64,000 nt of DNA from Bdellovibrionota bacterium. Lineage in GTDB: Bacteria > Bdellovibrionota_C > UBA2361 > OMII01. The notes below the pieces were generated by a model. The model saw nothing but the letters and a program-made list of their open reading frames with translations, was not told where the DNA came from and ran no database searches. The translations under genes and the position numbers were made by a program. Below are positions 8,324-17,821 of the stretch, piece after piece (position 1 is the first letter of the stretch; each line of letters begins with the position of its first letter). The DNA lies in contig JBIJBE010000015.1 of the NCBI GenBank assembly GCA_044345405.1, positions 13,855 to 77,854 of the forward strand. The letters run 5' to 3'.

Positions 8324-10135
8324 ATGGCTCCGACACCGATTATCAGCACACAAGAGATCACCAAGGGATTCGCTGAACACCCTCTCTTCTCGAAGCTCTC
8401 TCTCACCATTCACGAGCAAGAACGGCTCGCGCTTATCGGCAATAACGGCTCGGGTAAATCAACCCTCCTCAAGATCCTCGCCGGCATCGAAGAGGTCGAC
8501 GACGGGACCGTGAGCGTTCGTAAAGGTCTCCGCTGCGCCTACGTCCCACAACAAGAGGATTTTCCCCCGGGGAGAACCGCTGGAGAGATTATTGAGCAGA
8601 CCTTGCACTCACAAGGGGTGGATTCCGGAGATATCGCCCGACGTGCCAGCATCTACCTTGGAGCGGCGGGATTCAACGACGACTCTGTGCTCGTCGATTC
8701 ACTTTCCGGTGGGTGGAAGAAGCGTTTGTCTATAGCGTGCGCGTTAGCGCTTGAACCGGACTGCGTTCTGCTCGATGAGCCGACCAACCACCTCGATATC
8801 GATTCGATCTTGTGGCTCGAGAACTATCTCGACTCTCTCAGGTGCGCGATCGCGTTCGTAAGTCACGACCGATACTTTATTGAACGGCTCGCGAATCGAG
8901 TACTTGAGATAAACAACATGTATCCCAACAACGCGATGCTCTGCGATGGCGGATACGCGGATTACATAGAGTTCCGCGAGGACCGACTCGCGCAACTGCA
9001 GCAGCAGCGCCAATCGCTCGCGAATAAGGTACGCCGCGAGGTTGAGTGGTTGCGGCAGGGAGTGAAGGCGAGAACGACGAAATCACGTTCTCGCATCAAC
9101 GAAGCTCATAAGCTTATCGACAAGCTCAAAACTTCCCCAACGGGAGAGCAACGCCGCGCTGACATAGATTTCTCCTCCACTCAGCGAAAGACCAAAGAAC
9201 TTATCAAAGCGGAGCGAATCGCTCAGTCGATGGGAGGAAAGGAGCTTTTCTCAGAGGTATCGCTCGTTCTCTCTCCCGGTTCACGACTCGCTGTTGTTGG
9301 ACCCAACGGAAGCGGCAAAACAACCTTCATTCGAACGCTCCTTGGGGACCTCGCTCCTACAGCCGGACGTGTAGTGCTGGCTTCTAATCTACGCACAGCC
9401 TTCATGGACCAAGCGCGCAGCCAACTCCGAGATGACATGACCCTTCGAGAGTTTCTCTGTCCTCACGGCGATTCCGTACTCTTTCAAGGACAATCTATTC
9501 ACGTCGCCGCATGGGCGGCCCGCTTCCTCTTCTCACACAACCACCTCGCCACAACGCTCGGCTCACTCTCAGGCGGTGAACGGGCTCGAGCGCTCCTCGC
9601 GAAGAGCATGTCGCAGGAATGCGATGTTCTTCTCTTTGACGAGCCAACAAACGATCTCGACATCGCAACCTTGGAGAATCTTGAGGAGAGCTTCGAGAGC
9701 TTTCCGGGCGCGATCGTGCTGATCACCCATGATCGCTACCTCCTGGAGCGCACCGCAAGCTCGGTGCTCGGACTGCGAAATGGCGCGGGAGTCATGTACG
9801 GCAGCTACGAACAGTGGGAAGCGGCGCGTGGTGAGGAAGAAGCTTCCGGCGCCTCTAAGAAAGATGCCTCGAAGGGAGCAGAGGCGAAGCCGAAACAAGC
9901 CACTAAACTCTCCTACAAGGATGCCCGTGAACTCTCGATGATAGAGGAGATGATTGCCCAGGCGGAGACGAAGCTCTCTGAGATCCAGGCCGCGATCGAT
10001 TCCGGTGACAATTCAACTAACGCCACCAAGCTCGCGGAGCTCTGCGACGCGCTCATCGCGCAGCAACAAGAAGTTGAGCGCCTCTATGATCGGTGGCAGC
10101 ACCTTGAGAGCTTGCAGAAAGCGCTGGTCAAGTAG
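8324..10135 (+). CDS. uup: ABC-F family ATPase (Uup-like)
   Basis: Two ABC cassettes (GNNGSGKS, LSGGW, LLDEPTNHLD; GPNGSGKT, LSGGE, FDEPTNDLD), WLRQGVKARTTKSRSRI linker, C-terminal coiled coil KLSYKD..EL; no TM segments. Confidence 0.9.
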   Translation: MAPTPIISTQEITKGFAEHPLFSKLSLTIHEQERLALIGNNGSGKSTLLKILAGIEEVDDGTVSVRKGLRCAYVPQQEDFPPGRTAGEIIEQTLHSQGVDSGDIARRASIYLGAAGFNDDSVLVDSLSGGWKKRLSIACALALEPDCVLLDEPTNHLDIDSILWLENYLDSLRCAIAFVSHDRYFIERLANRVLEINNMYPNNAMLCDGGYADYIEFREDRLAQLQQQRQSLANKVRREVEWLRQGVKARTTKSRSRINEAHKLIDKLKTSPTGEQRRADIDFSSTQRKTKELIKAERIAQSMGGKELFSEVSLVLSPGSRLAVVGPNGSGKTTFIRTLLGDLAPTAGRVVLASNLRTAFMDQARSQLRDDMTLREFLCPHGDSVLFQGQSIHVAAWAARFLFSHNHLATTLGSLSGGERARALLAKSMSQECDVLLFDEPTNDLDIATLENLEESFESFPGAIVLITHDRYLLERTASSVLGLRNGAGVMYGSYEQWEAARGEEEASGASKKDASKGAEAKPKQATKLSYKDARELSMIEEMIAQAETKLSEIQAAIDSGDNSTNATKLAELCDALIAQQQEVERLYDRWQHLESLQKALVK

Positions 10136-10160
10136 AGACGACGCTCTTCAGCGAACTCGC

Positions 10161-10700
10161 CTACAAGAGCGAGTCAGCGACCTTCTTCAGCTCAAGCACC
10201 TGACTCGCGGAGTATCCGATATTTGAACTCCACACGATGCGGCCCTCTTTGTTGAGAAGAACAGCATACGCGCTCTGCGGACGTTCATTTCCAAGTGCCT
10301 CAATAACCTTCGGAGCGTCCTCATAGAGGGTAACGACCGATGCCCAATCAGACTTCGGGATTCCGCTGCGCATACCGTTATCGATAAATCCTTGCACCAT
10401 CTGAGGCATCATACCGGCGATCGTTGGCACCTCTACGATCTGCGCCTTCACATCCGCTTGGAGCGCCCCGAGGATCCACCGATCGATGTCGAACTGCGCT
10501 TTCTGGGTGTAACCTACAAGCACCAAGGTCGTCTTCCCACGATAATGGTCAGGTAACGTTATCGGCTGCTTGTCGAGATTCGTTCCTTGAACCCGAGGGA
10601 AGAGCGAATTCTGAACATTAGACGGGGTAGACACCTTAGTCCCGCCGCAGGCGACACAGAGGAGGGAGATGAGAGAGAGGCCGATCGCTTTCATATTCAT
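10161..10700 (-). CDS. Lipoprotein, thioredoxin-like/ATP10-like fold without CxxC
   Basis: Lipobox LLCVA|CGG; FPRVQGTNLDKQPITLPD..GKTTLVLVGY...Q..IDRW; VLLNKEGRIVW. Confidence 0.65.
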   Translation of the reverse strand: MNMKAIGLSLISLLCVACGGTKVSTPSNVQNSLFPRVQGTNLDKQPITLPDHYRGKTTLVLVGYTQKAQFDIDRWILGALQADVKAQIVEVPTIAGMMPQMVQGFIDNGMRSGIPKSDWASVVTLYEDAPKVIEALGNERPQSAYAVLLNKEGRIVWSSNIGYSASQVLELKKVADSLL

Positions 10701-10758
10701 GCCCCCTATTTTCGCAGCACTCTCCCCGTTCGACAAGAGTAACGAACAGGGAACGAAC

Positions 10759-11835
10759 TTAATCGGTTAAGCAGGCCGGATCGAACTCATACGTGTTCTC
10801 AAGCCAGAGAAGCACCTCCCGGCAAAACGGATCATCGGTATGTCCTTCATACCGTGCTCGAAGATATCCCTTCTGCTCATCAGTAAGGGCGTCAAGCCCA
10901 ACGTCGTGAAAGAGGGCGATGTCCTGAGCCAAGAGGCTCCCGATCTCATCCCCACACACCTCCTTAGCGCAGCGCAGGGTCGTGGCGGCTCGATCATAGC
11001 CACCAGCTTGCGCGTAATTGAGCGCAAGACTCGCGAGCGGTATCTGCGAGAGCCACGGCTGCTTCATGGGGTTAACCGCGTGCCCACTCACCAAATCAGT
11101 GAGGTGCGGACCCCGATTCTCAAAAGCCTTGAGAAAGAGAAACGGAGAGGCGCGCTTACTGTCATTGACGGGATAGTTATCCCACAGGAACGGCTTTCTC
11201 CTCATCCGCTCCGTGACCTCGTTTAGGTGCCCTTCCGGATAGGCCGAGGACATAACCTTCTCACCCGTCCAAAAGAGATCGATAGATGAATCTAACCCCC
11301 GCCCTAAATCCTCGAGGTAGTTTTGCGGCATGGGACCAAAACACCGCTCAATGATCGGATCATAGCTGTAGTAGGTTGGACAAAAAATTATTCGAGGAGC
11401 GGAAGAAACCTCGCGAATATCTCCAAGGATCCGAATCTGGGTTTCAGCCAACGCTGGAACGTCTCCCCGCATATCATCGAAAAGCACGCACAGGATGTCG
11501 AGGGAGAGGGTATTGAGCGCCTTTACCTTCTCTCGCAGACTTGCGCGTGCGCCAGAGTCGTAATCCCGATACGCCTCATACGGAGACAATCCGACCCCTC
11601 GCTGAACGCCGCACGACTTTAAGGTCGAAAACAACGAAGCGAGCGCTGTGAGTCGCGCTTCCGGAAAGGGCTCCCTCCAACGCTTCCGTAGAAATGCCTC
11701 ATCCTTAGGCGCGTAAATATAAAACGAATATCCGTGAGTTCGCAAAAATGAGGCGTACGCCGTCCGTTCCTCCCACGACCACGAACGACCGAAGAATCCC
11801 TCGATAACACCTACATATGGAACTGAAGTCGGCAT
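10759..11835 (-). CDS. GH84 beta-N-acetylglucosaminidase (O-GlcNAcase/hyaluronidase family), no signal peptide
   Basis: GVIEGFFG..W, YIYAPKD, catalytic LFDD, FCPTYY, FWTG, RKPFLWDNYPVND, NPM; the first motif starts at residue 9. Confidence 0.92.
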   Translation of the reverse strand: MPTSVPYVGVIEGFFGRSWSWEERTAYASFLRTHGYSFYIYAPKDEAFLRKRWREPFPEARLTALASLFSTLKSCGVQRGVGLSPYEAYRDYDSGARASLREKVKALNTLSLDILCVLFDDMRGDVPALAETQIRILGDIREVSSAPRIIFCPTYYSYDPIIERCFGPMPQNYLEDLGRGLDSSIDLFWTGEKVMSSAYPEGHLNEVTERMRRKPFLWDNYPVNDSKRASPFLFLKAFENRGPHLTDLVSGHAVNPMKQPWLSQIPLASLALNYAQAGGYDRAATTLRCAKEVCGDEIGSLLAQDIALFHDVGLDALTDEQKGYLRARYEGHTDDPFCREVLLWLENTYEFDPACLTD

Positions 11836-11937
11836 GTACCTACCCTACGGTGTGACAAATCGTACCATGGAAGTGTACGTCACGACGGAGCGACCGTCAC
11901 GAGGGAAGTAGGTCGAATCTGCCACGGACACCCAATC

Positions 11938-12795
11938 TTATCGGAGCAACTGGAGCGCCAGAGCCGGCAACTGATTGCCCTGCGCAAGCACCGCCGTGCC
12001 CGCCTGTTGCAGAATGTTGAGTCGGGTCAAATTCGCGGCCTCTTCAGCGACATCAACGTCCCTGATTCGGCTCTCGGCAGCCATGGCGTTCTCTCGGGCA
12101 ACGCCGAGGTTTGTGATCGCGGTCGACAACCTAGACTCCACACCTCCCAAGATACCTCGGGAGGCTCCAACGGAATATATCGCGTTGTAGACCGCGTCCA
12201 GAGCGAGGCGCGCCGCCGTCGCGGCCGCGTCGTTGCTTGCGCCGTTGATTGAGTACGTGAGCGCTCCACTGGCGGTCCCAAGCCCGATACCTTGGAGGGT
12301 CGCCAGTTGATTCGTATACCCGATCTGCGCGCCTGTCCTCGTACCTGGGCCTACCTGAATCGTCACGCTCGAGGAACCCGACAGTAGTTTTATGCCGTTA
12401 AATTCGGTCACATCTGAAATTCGCTGAATTTCGGAACCAAGGGCAGTAAATTCGTTGGATATCACCGACCGTTGTTGGGTACTCAATGTACCGTTGGCGG
12501 CTTGCGACGCGAGCTCGGCGAGACGGCTCAGGATATTTCCGACTTCGCTTAAGGCGCCATCCGCGATGGCGATGGTGGAGATACCATCGTTCGTGTTGCG
12601 AATCGCCTGTTGCGCGATTCGGGAGTCAGCTCTCAAGGTCTCCGCGATCGCGAGTCCCGCGGAATCATCTTTACCACTGTTGATTCGGTAACCGGAGGAG
12701 AGTCGGTTAAACGAGCTACTTAACTTCTGACCCGTGACATCGAGTCGACGCTGCGCCTGAAGCGATACGATATTACTTCCGATCGTGACAGCCAT
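11938..12795 (-). CDS. fliC: Flagellin (short, essentially D0/D1 only)
   Basis: NIVSLQAQRRL, RLSSGYRIN...DDSAGLAI, RNTNDGIS, TEFNG..LL, AESRIRDVDVAEE, ILQQAGTAVLAQ.NQ.P..ALQLL. Confidence 0.97.
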   Translation of the reverse strand: MAVTIGSNIVSLQAQRRLDVTGQKLSSSFNRLSSGYRINSGKDDSAGLAIAETLRADSRIAQQAIRNTNDGISTIAIADGALSEVGNILSRLAELASQAANGTLSTQQRSVISNEFTALGSEIQRISDVTEFNGIKLLSGSSSVTIQVGPGTRTGAQIGYTNQLATLQGIGLGTASGALTYSINGASNDAAATAARLALDAVYNAIYSVGASRGILGGVESRLSTAITNLGVARENAMAAESRIRDVDVAEEAANLTRLNILQQAGTAVLAQGNQLPALALQLLR

Positions 12796-13074
12796 GGTAT
12801 TCTACACCTCTACAACCAAGAGCTTATGGTCCCCATCGACACCTGATCGCGTGGGTACACCAGTAAGCTTTCTGTAAGACACTTTGTAAGGAAGTGACTG
12901 CGAAGAACGTCTGAGAAACATCTTAGCGGAACAACTTGATTACAACGTGCCAGGTCAGCGGTCTCCCACTAGCCTTGATATTTAGTTCGGTCATTCGTGT
13001 TTTTTTCTTAACCGCAAAATACGATGCCCGTATTTCCCCATAAAAAGGTCATTTTGGGGGCTCTTTTTTTCACC

Positions 13075-13102
13075 TCAAGGCACCGGCCATTTACGCCGAT
13101 AC
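13075..13102 (+). promoter_or_regulatory. Putative sigma28-type promoter upstream of the GT25 gene
   Basis: TCAAG (13075-13079)-N15-GCCGATAC (13095-13102), preceded by A/T tracts. Confidence 0.6.
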
Positions 13103-13245
13103 CTCCTAGGCACGAAGCTTCCCATGCCGATCGCGTTCGCGACTGGTGCGGGGGCCACAACAGACTTGGTTCGTAAGTAGTTCGGTAGTCCCGGGCGAGA
13201 AGCCCATCCCAACAACTTAGGAACTAAACGTACTCAGGAGTAGTA

Positions 13246-14007
13246 ATGGTACGCTTAGCCTATAACATCATCCACATCCCGAAGACCGGCGAGACGAAAC
13301 GATTTTCCAAGAGAGCCGTCGATCTCTTTACCGCGGCGGGAATCGAGAATCTTGGAGTTCCCTCCTTTCATATGCCTACGATGACGGAGGTAACCGACTT
13401 TAATCAGAAGAATCCAAACTTTAGGTTCAAGGCTCACGAGGTTTTCGGCGTTCCCTTTCCCGGAAACTGCGGGGTGGTGGGCGCTTTCGCGAGTCACTAC
13501 GCGATCTGGAAACAGATGTCAGAAACACGCCATGACGCGGTCATCGTGTTAGAAGACGAGGCCTATCTAAACGACGAATTCATCCATACGATTAACTGTA
13601 TGTTGCTCTGCGCCCCGGCGAATTGGGATTTCTTGAGTCTCTTTGTTCCGGGCCCTCAGAAGGTTATGTACAATGAATCGAGACATCAGATCGTAGCGCC
13701 AGGTCTCTGCAAGTCCTATCAGACCTCAAGCTCCATCGCGTACGTTGTGAGTCAGAAGGGGGCGCTCACGGCGCTCTACGATATCGGGGTATTTGGATTC
13801 GCGCTCCCGATCGATCTCTATATCTGGGGACGAGGCCCCGGAAAGTTCGTGAACTACTGTCTCTCCCCTCACCTCCCACCCATCGTGCAGGTAAGCGGCG
13901 ACGCCTCGCACGCGCACACTGAAGGTGGCGACCCGATGCCAACGTCTGAGGAGGAGATTGCGCTTCTTGAGCGGTGTGAGAAGCCGACGGGAACTATTAT
14001 GCATTAA
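13246..14007 (+). CDS. Glycosyltransferase family 25-like
   Basis: GAFASHYAIWKQM, VIVLEDEA, P.NWDFL.L, AYVVSQKGA, LPID; AGGAG RBS. Confidence 0.75.
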   Translation: MVRLAYNIIHIPKTGETKRFSKRAVDLFTAAGIENLGVPSFHMPTMTEVTDFNQKNPNFRFKAHEVFGVPFPGNCGVVGAFASHYAIWKQMSETRHDAVIVLEDEAYLNDEFIHTINCMLLCAPANWDFLSLFVPGPQKVMYNESRHQIVAPGLCKSYQTSSSIAYVVSQKGALTALYDIGVFGFALPIDLYIWGRGPGKFVNYCLSPHLPPIVQVSGDASHAHTEGGDPMPTSEEEIALLERCEKPTGTIMH

Positions 14008-14085
14008 ACGGGCCGGAAAGCTCGCTTGACCATCTCGGAGTGCACTGACATGGCGCCTAGAGGGCATCTCAGCTAAACTACCTCA

Positions 14086-14763
14086 ATGCAACCTAACTTC
14101 GCCCTGGCAGCCGTTGTTTTCGACATGGACGGTCTCCTTCTCGACAGCGAGCGGGTTTCTCAAGAGGTTCTCCTCAAAGCGGCCACGATCCTTGACGCCC
14201 CACTGACGCCAGATACGGCCCTCAAGATGGTGGGAAGAAACGTAGCGAGCGGGTATCTCTACCTCACTGAACTCTTCGGGGATGAAGCTGCCGTTACACC
14301 CTTCCTTGAGAAAACTCACGAGCTCTACGAAGCTGAGTTCGAAGCGGGAAGAATTCCCTTAAAGCAGGGGGTGCTTCAGCTTCTCGATACCTTGGATGAC
14401 CTTAAAATTCCACGAGCTATCGCCACATCAACAAGGCGACACATCGCGATTCGAAAATTAACGAAGGTGAATATCGTCACTCGATTTGATCACATCATAG
14501 GGGGCGATGATGTGGTGAACGGTAAACCAGCGCCGGACATCTACTTGAAGGCGTGTTCATTTCTTAACGCCGACCCCACCCACTGCATCGCATGTGAAGA
14601 TTCCGCGTTTGGCATTCAGGCTGCTTTCAGTGCGGGGCTGAGATCTATCCTTGTTCCAGACCTCCTCACGCCGACGGAAACGATGAAACAGCACGCGTGG
14701 AGGATACTCCCTGACCTTCATGAGGTCGCTAAGCTGGTGCGAGAGATGAGGCAACCTCGATAA
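14086..14763 (+). CDS. HAD-superfamily phosphatase (beta-PGM/CbbY-like)
   Basis: FDMDGLLLDSE, ATST, GKPAPDIY, EDS..GI.AA. Confidence 0.92.
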   Translation: MQPNFALAAVVFDMDGLLLDSERVSQEVLLKAATILDAPLTPDTALKMVGRNVASGYLYLTELFGDEAAVTPFLEKTHELYEAEFEAGRIPLKQGVLQLLDTLDDLKIPRAIATSTRRHIAIRKLTKVNIVTRFDHIIGGDDVVNGKPAPDIYLKACSFLNADPTHCIACEDSAFGIQAAFSAGLRSILVPDLLTPTETMKQHAWRILPDLHEVAKLVREMRQPR

Positions 14764-14949
14764 GGACGACTGAAGGAGGTACCGTTTGCTACGGGCATAT
14801 ACTAATAGCCCTACTACGCTTCCTTTCGTCTTCAAGCTCTCGAAAATAAACTGTCATCTCAGCAGGTTACCAAGCGATGCATCACTGAGATCTCCCTTTA
14901 ACATAACCAAGGTAAACAACCAGATTAAAAGGTCGGTGGGACCCAGAGT

Positions 14950-15495
14950 ATGGAACTAGCAACTTTTCGTTCGCAACAAGAACTCACACCATTACTAGAA
15001 AAAGCATTTGGCGCTCCAGGGATCGTAGAAGCCCTGACTCCAAAGGTGGAGATCGCTCGTAATAAACTACAGGGAACCGTGCTGGGTGACATGGAAAAGT
15101 TCGCGGATCGTCTCCCAGCTAACTGGAGCGGCATACCGGTCTCAGAGAATGGCCTGACCGGGCCTGAACGCTCCCACTTCATCGAAGCTCGACAAGGGTT
15201 CGCGAAAGACATCAGCAGTCATCTCGCTCATGGACTCACGACGGTATCCCTTGGCTGGCTCTCAAGCAAAGTCTCCATCACCTTTCAAACTCATCACGGG
15301 GCTGGAACCGGTGAAGCCGCGGCGCATCTCATAGCCGTCACATTAGAGTCGCATGGGATTACGTCGAGGGTCCATGGGACTCAAGTCACTTTTTCTCTTC
15401 CCTCACACCAACATCGCGCTCTAAAGGAATTCAAAGAGGCCGTTAACGATGTCGTAACGGCGAGGAAGGAGCTGCTCGGGAAGCTTGCCTCGTAG
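14950..15495 (+). CDS. Hypothetical protein
   Basis: 181-codon ORF filling the gap between known genes; no motif recognised. Confidence 0.55.
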   Translation: MELATFRSQQELTPLLEKAFGAPGIVEALTPKVEIARNKLQGTVLGDMEKFADRLPANWSGIPVSENGLTGPERSHFIEARQGFAKDISSHLAHGLTTVSLGWLSSKVSITFQTHHGAGTGEAAAHLIAVTLESHGITSRVHGTQVTFSLPSHQHRALKEFKEAVNDVVTARKELLGKLAS

Positions 15496-15744
15496 TGAGC
15501 GTTACCACCTACGGTATCGTCGATCGGATCTCATGATGGTACGGATGCCACTGCGCGATCAGCGTCCTGGGCGGTGTCCGCCGATTCCTCTCGGCGGAAT
15601 TTTCCCGGCAATCGTATAATGAGGCGGTACGAGACGCGTAACATTCCCGGCCGCACGCAAACCTCTCCCTTATGCAAGCAGTCCGGAGAACCGCAAAGCA
15701 AGCTGACTCGAATAGGATCACCGGAACATAGTGGAGTTGTTCAA

Positions 15745-16347
15745 TCACCGCGACGCCCGCTCGCGCAAAACCTCACACACCGCACCAAGCGACACCCCTT
15801 GCGCCTCCCACAACGCCATAAGGTGAAAGAGGAGGTCCGCTGACTCGTTAAGCAGTCGGTCTTTGTCACCGTTCTTAGCCTCAATCACGACCTCGATCGC
15901 CTCCTCTCCTACCTTCTGCGCGAGTCTATCGATCCCAGCTGTAAAGAGTGATGCCGTATACGAGTCATCGGACAACGAATCTCGGCGTTGCTGAATCACA
16001 CCTTGTAATTCGTTGAGGATGGACCACGTGGTGGGGGTCGCATCGCGAAAACAGCTCGGAGTGCCTTCGTGACAGGTTGGGCCGCTCGGATTCGCTCGAA
16101 CAAGGATGGCATCCTCGTCGCAATCCACTGAGATATCCGTCAGCGTAAGAAAATTGCCCGAGGTCTCCCCTTTCATCCATAAAGTCTGCCGGGAACGGCT
16201 GAAGAAGGTGACCCGTTTCGTCTCAAGCGTTTTCTCGAATGACTCCTCGTTCATATAACCGAGCATCAACACCTCGCCGCTTGTGGCGTCTTGAACGACA
16301 GCGGGCAACAAGCCATCACATCTTGAAAAATCAGGTTTCCGTTTCAT
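15745..16347 (-). CDS. hisIE: Bifunctional phosphoribosyl-AMP cyclohydrolase / phosphoribosyl-ATP pyrophosphatase
   Basis: FFSRSRQTLWMKGETSGN, DCDED, GPTCHEGTPSCF, SYTASL, QKVGEEA.E, ESADLLFH. Confidence 0.96.
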   Translation of the reverse strand: MKRKPDFSRCDGLLPAVVQDATSGEVLMLGYMNEESFEKTLETKRVTFFSRSRQTLWMKGETSGNFLTLTDISVDCDEDAILVRANPSGPTCHEGTPSCFRDATPTTWSILNELQGVIQQRRDSLSDDSYTASLFTAGIDRLAQKVGEEAIEVVIEAKNGDKDRLLNESADLLFHLMALWEAQGVSLGAVCEVLRERASR

Positions 16348-17099
16348 CGTCGTACCTCTATACCTTGATTGCCTAGAAATTCTTTAACTGATCCGATCGA
16401 GATGATCCCTTCGTGAAATACTCCCGCCGCTAGTGCTGCGTCAGCGCCCCCTTCACGAAAGACCTCAACGAAATGCTCAACCCTTCCCGCGCCACCCGAA
16501 GCGATGACGGGAACCGTCACTACCTCAGCGACTCGCACGGTGATGTCGAGCGCGAATCCATCACGAACTCCGTCATTATCCATCGACGTTACGAGTATCT
16601 CTCCCGCGCCACGCTCAGTTACCTCCCGCGCCCAGTCGACCGTAGGTTTGCCCGTAGGTGTCATCCCTCCCTGAATGAACACCTCATCTCCACGCTCACC
16701 GCGCTTGGTGTCTATCGCGACCACAACGCATTGACACCCGAACCGTCGCGCCACCTGGTCGATAAGCTCAGGGGTGCGCCACGCTGAAGAGTTAAGGGAG
16801 ATCTTATCGGCTCCTGAATCAAGAAGACGGCATACCTGGTCAACCGTCGATATTCCTCCACCAACGGTAAAGGGTATCGAGAGAGCGCGGGCTACCCGTT
16901 CGACGAGCTCAAAGGTGGTTGATCGCTCCTCGTTCGTCGCCGAGATATCGAGAAAAACCAATTCATCGGCGCCACCATCGCTGTACCGTTTCGCCAACTC
17001 AACCGGGTCACCCATGTCCCGAAGGTTTACGAACTTGGTGCCCTTAACGGTTCGGCCCCCTTTGATATCGAGGCACGGTATTATTCGTTTCGCTACCAT
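16344..17099 (-). CDS. hisF: Imidazole glycerol phosphate synthase cyclase subunit
   Basis: KRIIPCLDI, GADELVFLDISA, IPFTVGGGI, GAGEILVTSM..DG, PVIASGGAG. Confidence 0.97.
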   Translation of the reverse strand: MVAKRIIPCLDIKGGRTVKGTKFVNLRDMGDPVELAKRYSDGGADELVFLDISATNEERSTTFELVERVARALSIPFTVGGGISTVDQVCRLLDSGADKISLNSSAWRTPELIDQVARRFGCQCVVVAIDTKRGERGDEVFIQGGMTPTGKPTVDWAREVTERGAGEILVTSMDNDGVRDGFALDITVRVAEVVTVPVIASGGAGRVEHFVEVFREGGADAALAAGVFHEGIISIGSVKEFLGNQGIEVRR

Positions 17100-17821
17100 A
17101 CGAACTCTCGCACCTCCCCGGGTTGAAGCGTTCCGGCGTAGAGCGCTTTACCTACGATAATCTCCTGAACACCAGCGTCAGCGAGTGAACGTACATCCGC
17201 CGCGTTCGTTACTCCACCGCTTGCGATAATGCGAAGCTCTGGGTACTCACGCCGCAGCACACGATACATCTCAACAGACACCCCTTCGAGCGTCCCGTCC
17301 CGAGAGATATCGGTCGACATAAGCCACCGAAGCCCGGAGTCAACAAAGCGCTCGAGCACCTGAGCAACCGTACGGGAACTCCCCTCCTGCCACCCCTTAA
17401 TCCGCACCTCTCCGTTCAACACATCTAATCCAACAATAACGGCATCGGAGCCAAACTGTTCTATCCATTCACGCACCAGATCGGGTCGCTCGACAGCAGC
17501 GGAGCCGATCACAACCTGTCGGGCCCCACTCTCAAGCGCCTGCACAAGGTCCCGTGTGGTGCGAATACCTCCACTGACATCCACGCTTAGTCCCGTTTCG
17601 GCGGCGATCCTTTGAACAAGGGCAAGGTGTCGTGGGGAGCCGCTCCTCGCTCCATCAAGATCCACAACATGAAGTCGCGTAAACCCAGATGCGGCGAAAC
17701 TACGAGCGACCTCGACCGGGTCCTCGCCTACGACCTCCTTCTCATCAAAGTTACCTTTACGTAGCCGCACACATCGTCCATCGATCAGATCGATAGCGGG
17801 AACGATTCGACACTCACTCAT
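17093..17821 (-). CDS. hisA: ProFAR isomerase
   Basis: IVPAIDLIDGRCVRL, LHVVDLDGA, GGIR, TDISRDGTL.G, IIASGGV. Confidence 0.96.
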   Translation of the reverse strand: MSECRIVPAIDLIDGRCVRLRKGNFDEKEVVGEDPVEVARSFAASGFTRLHVVDLDGARSGSPRHLALVQRIAAETGLSVDVSGGIRTTRDLVQALESGARQVVIGSAAVERPDLVREWIEQFGSDAVIVGLDVLNGEVRIKGWQEGSSRTVAQVLERFVDSGLRWLMSTDISRDGTLEGVSVEMYRVLRREYPELRIIASGGVTNAADVRSLADAGVQEIIVGKALYAGTLQPGEVREFVW

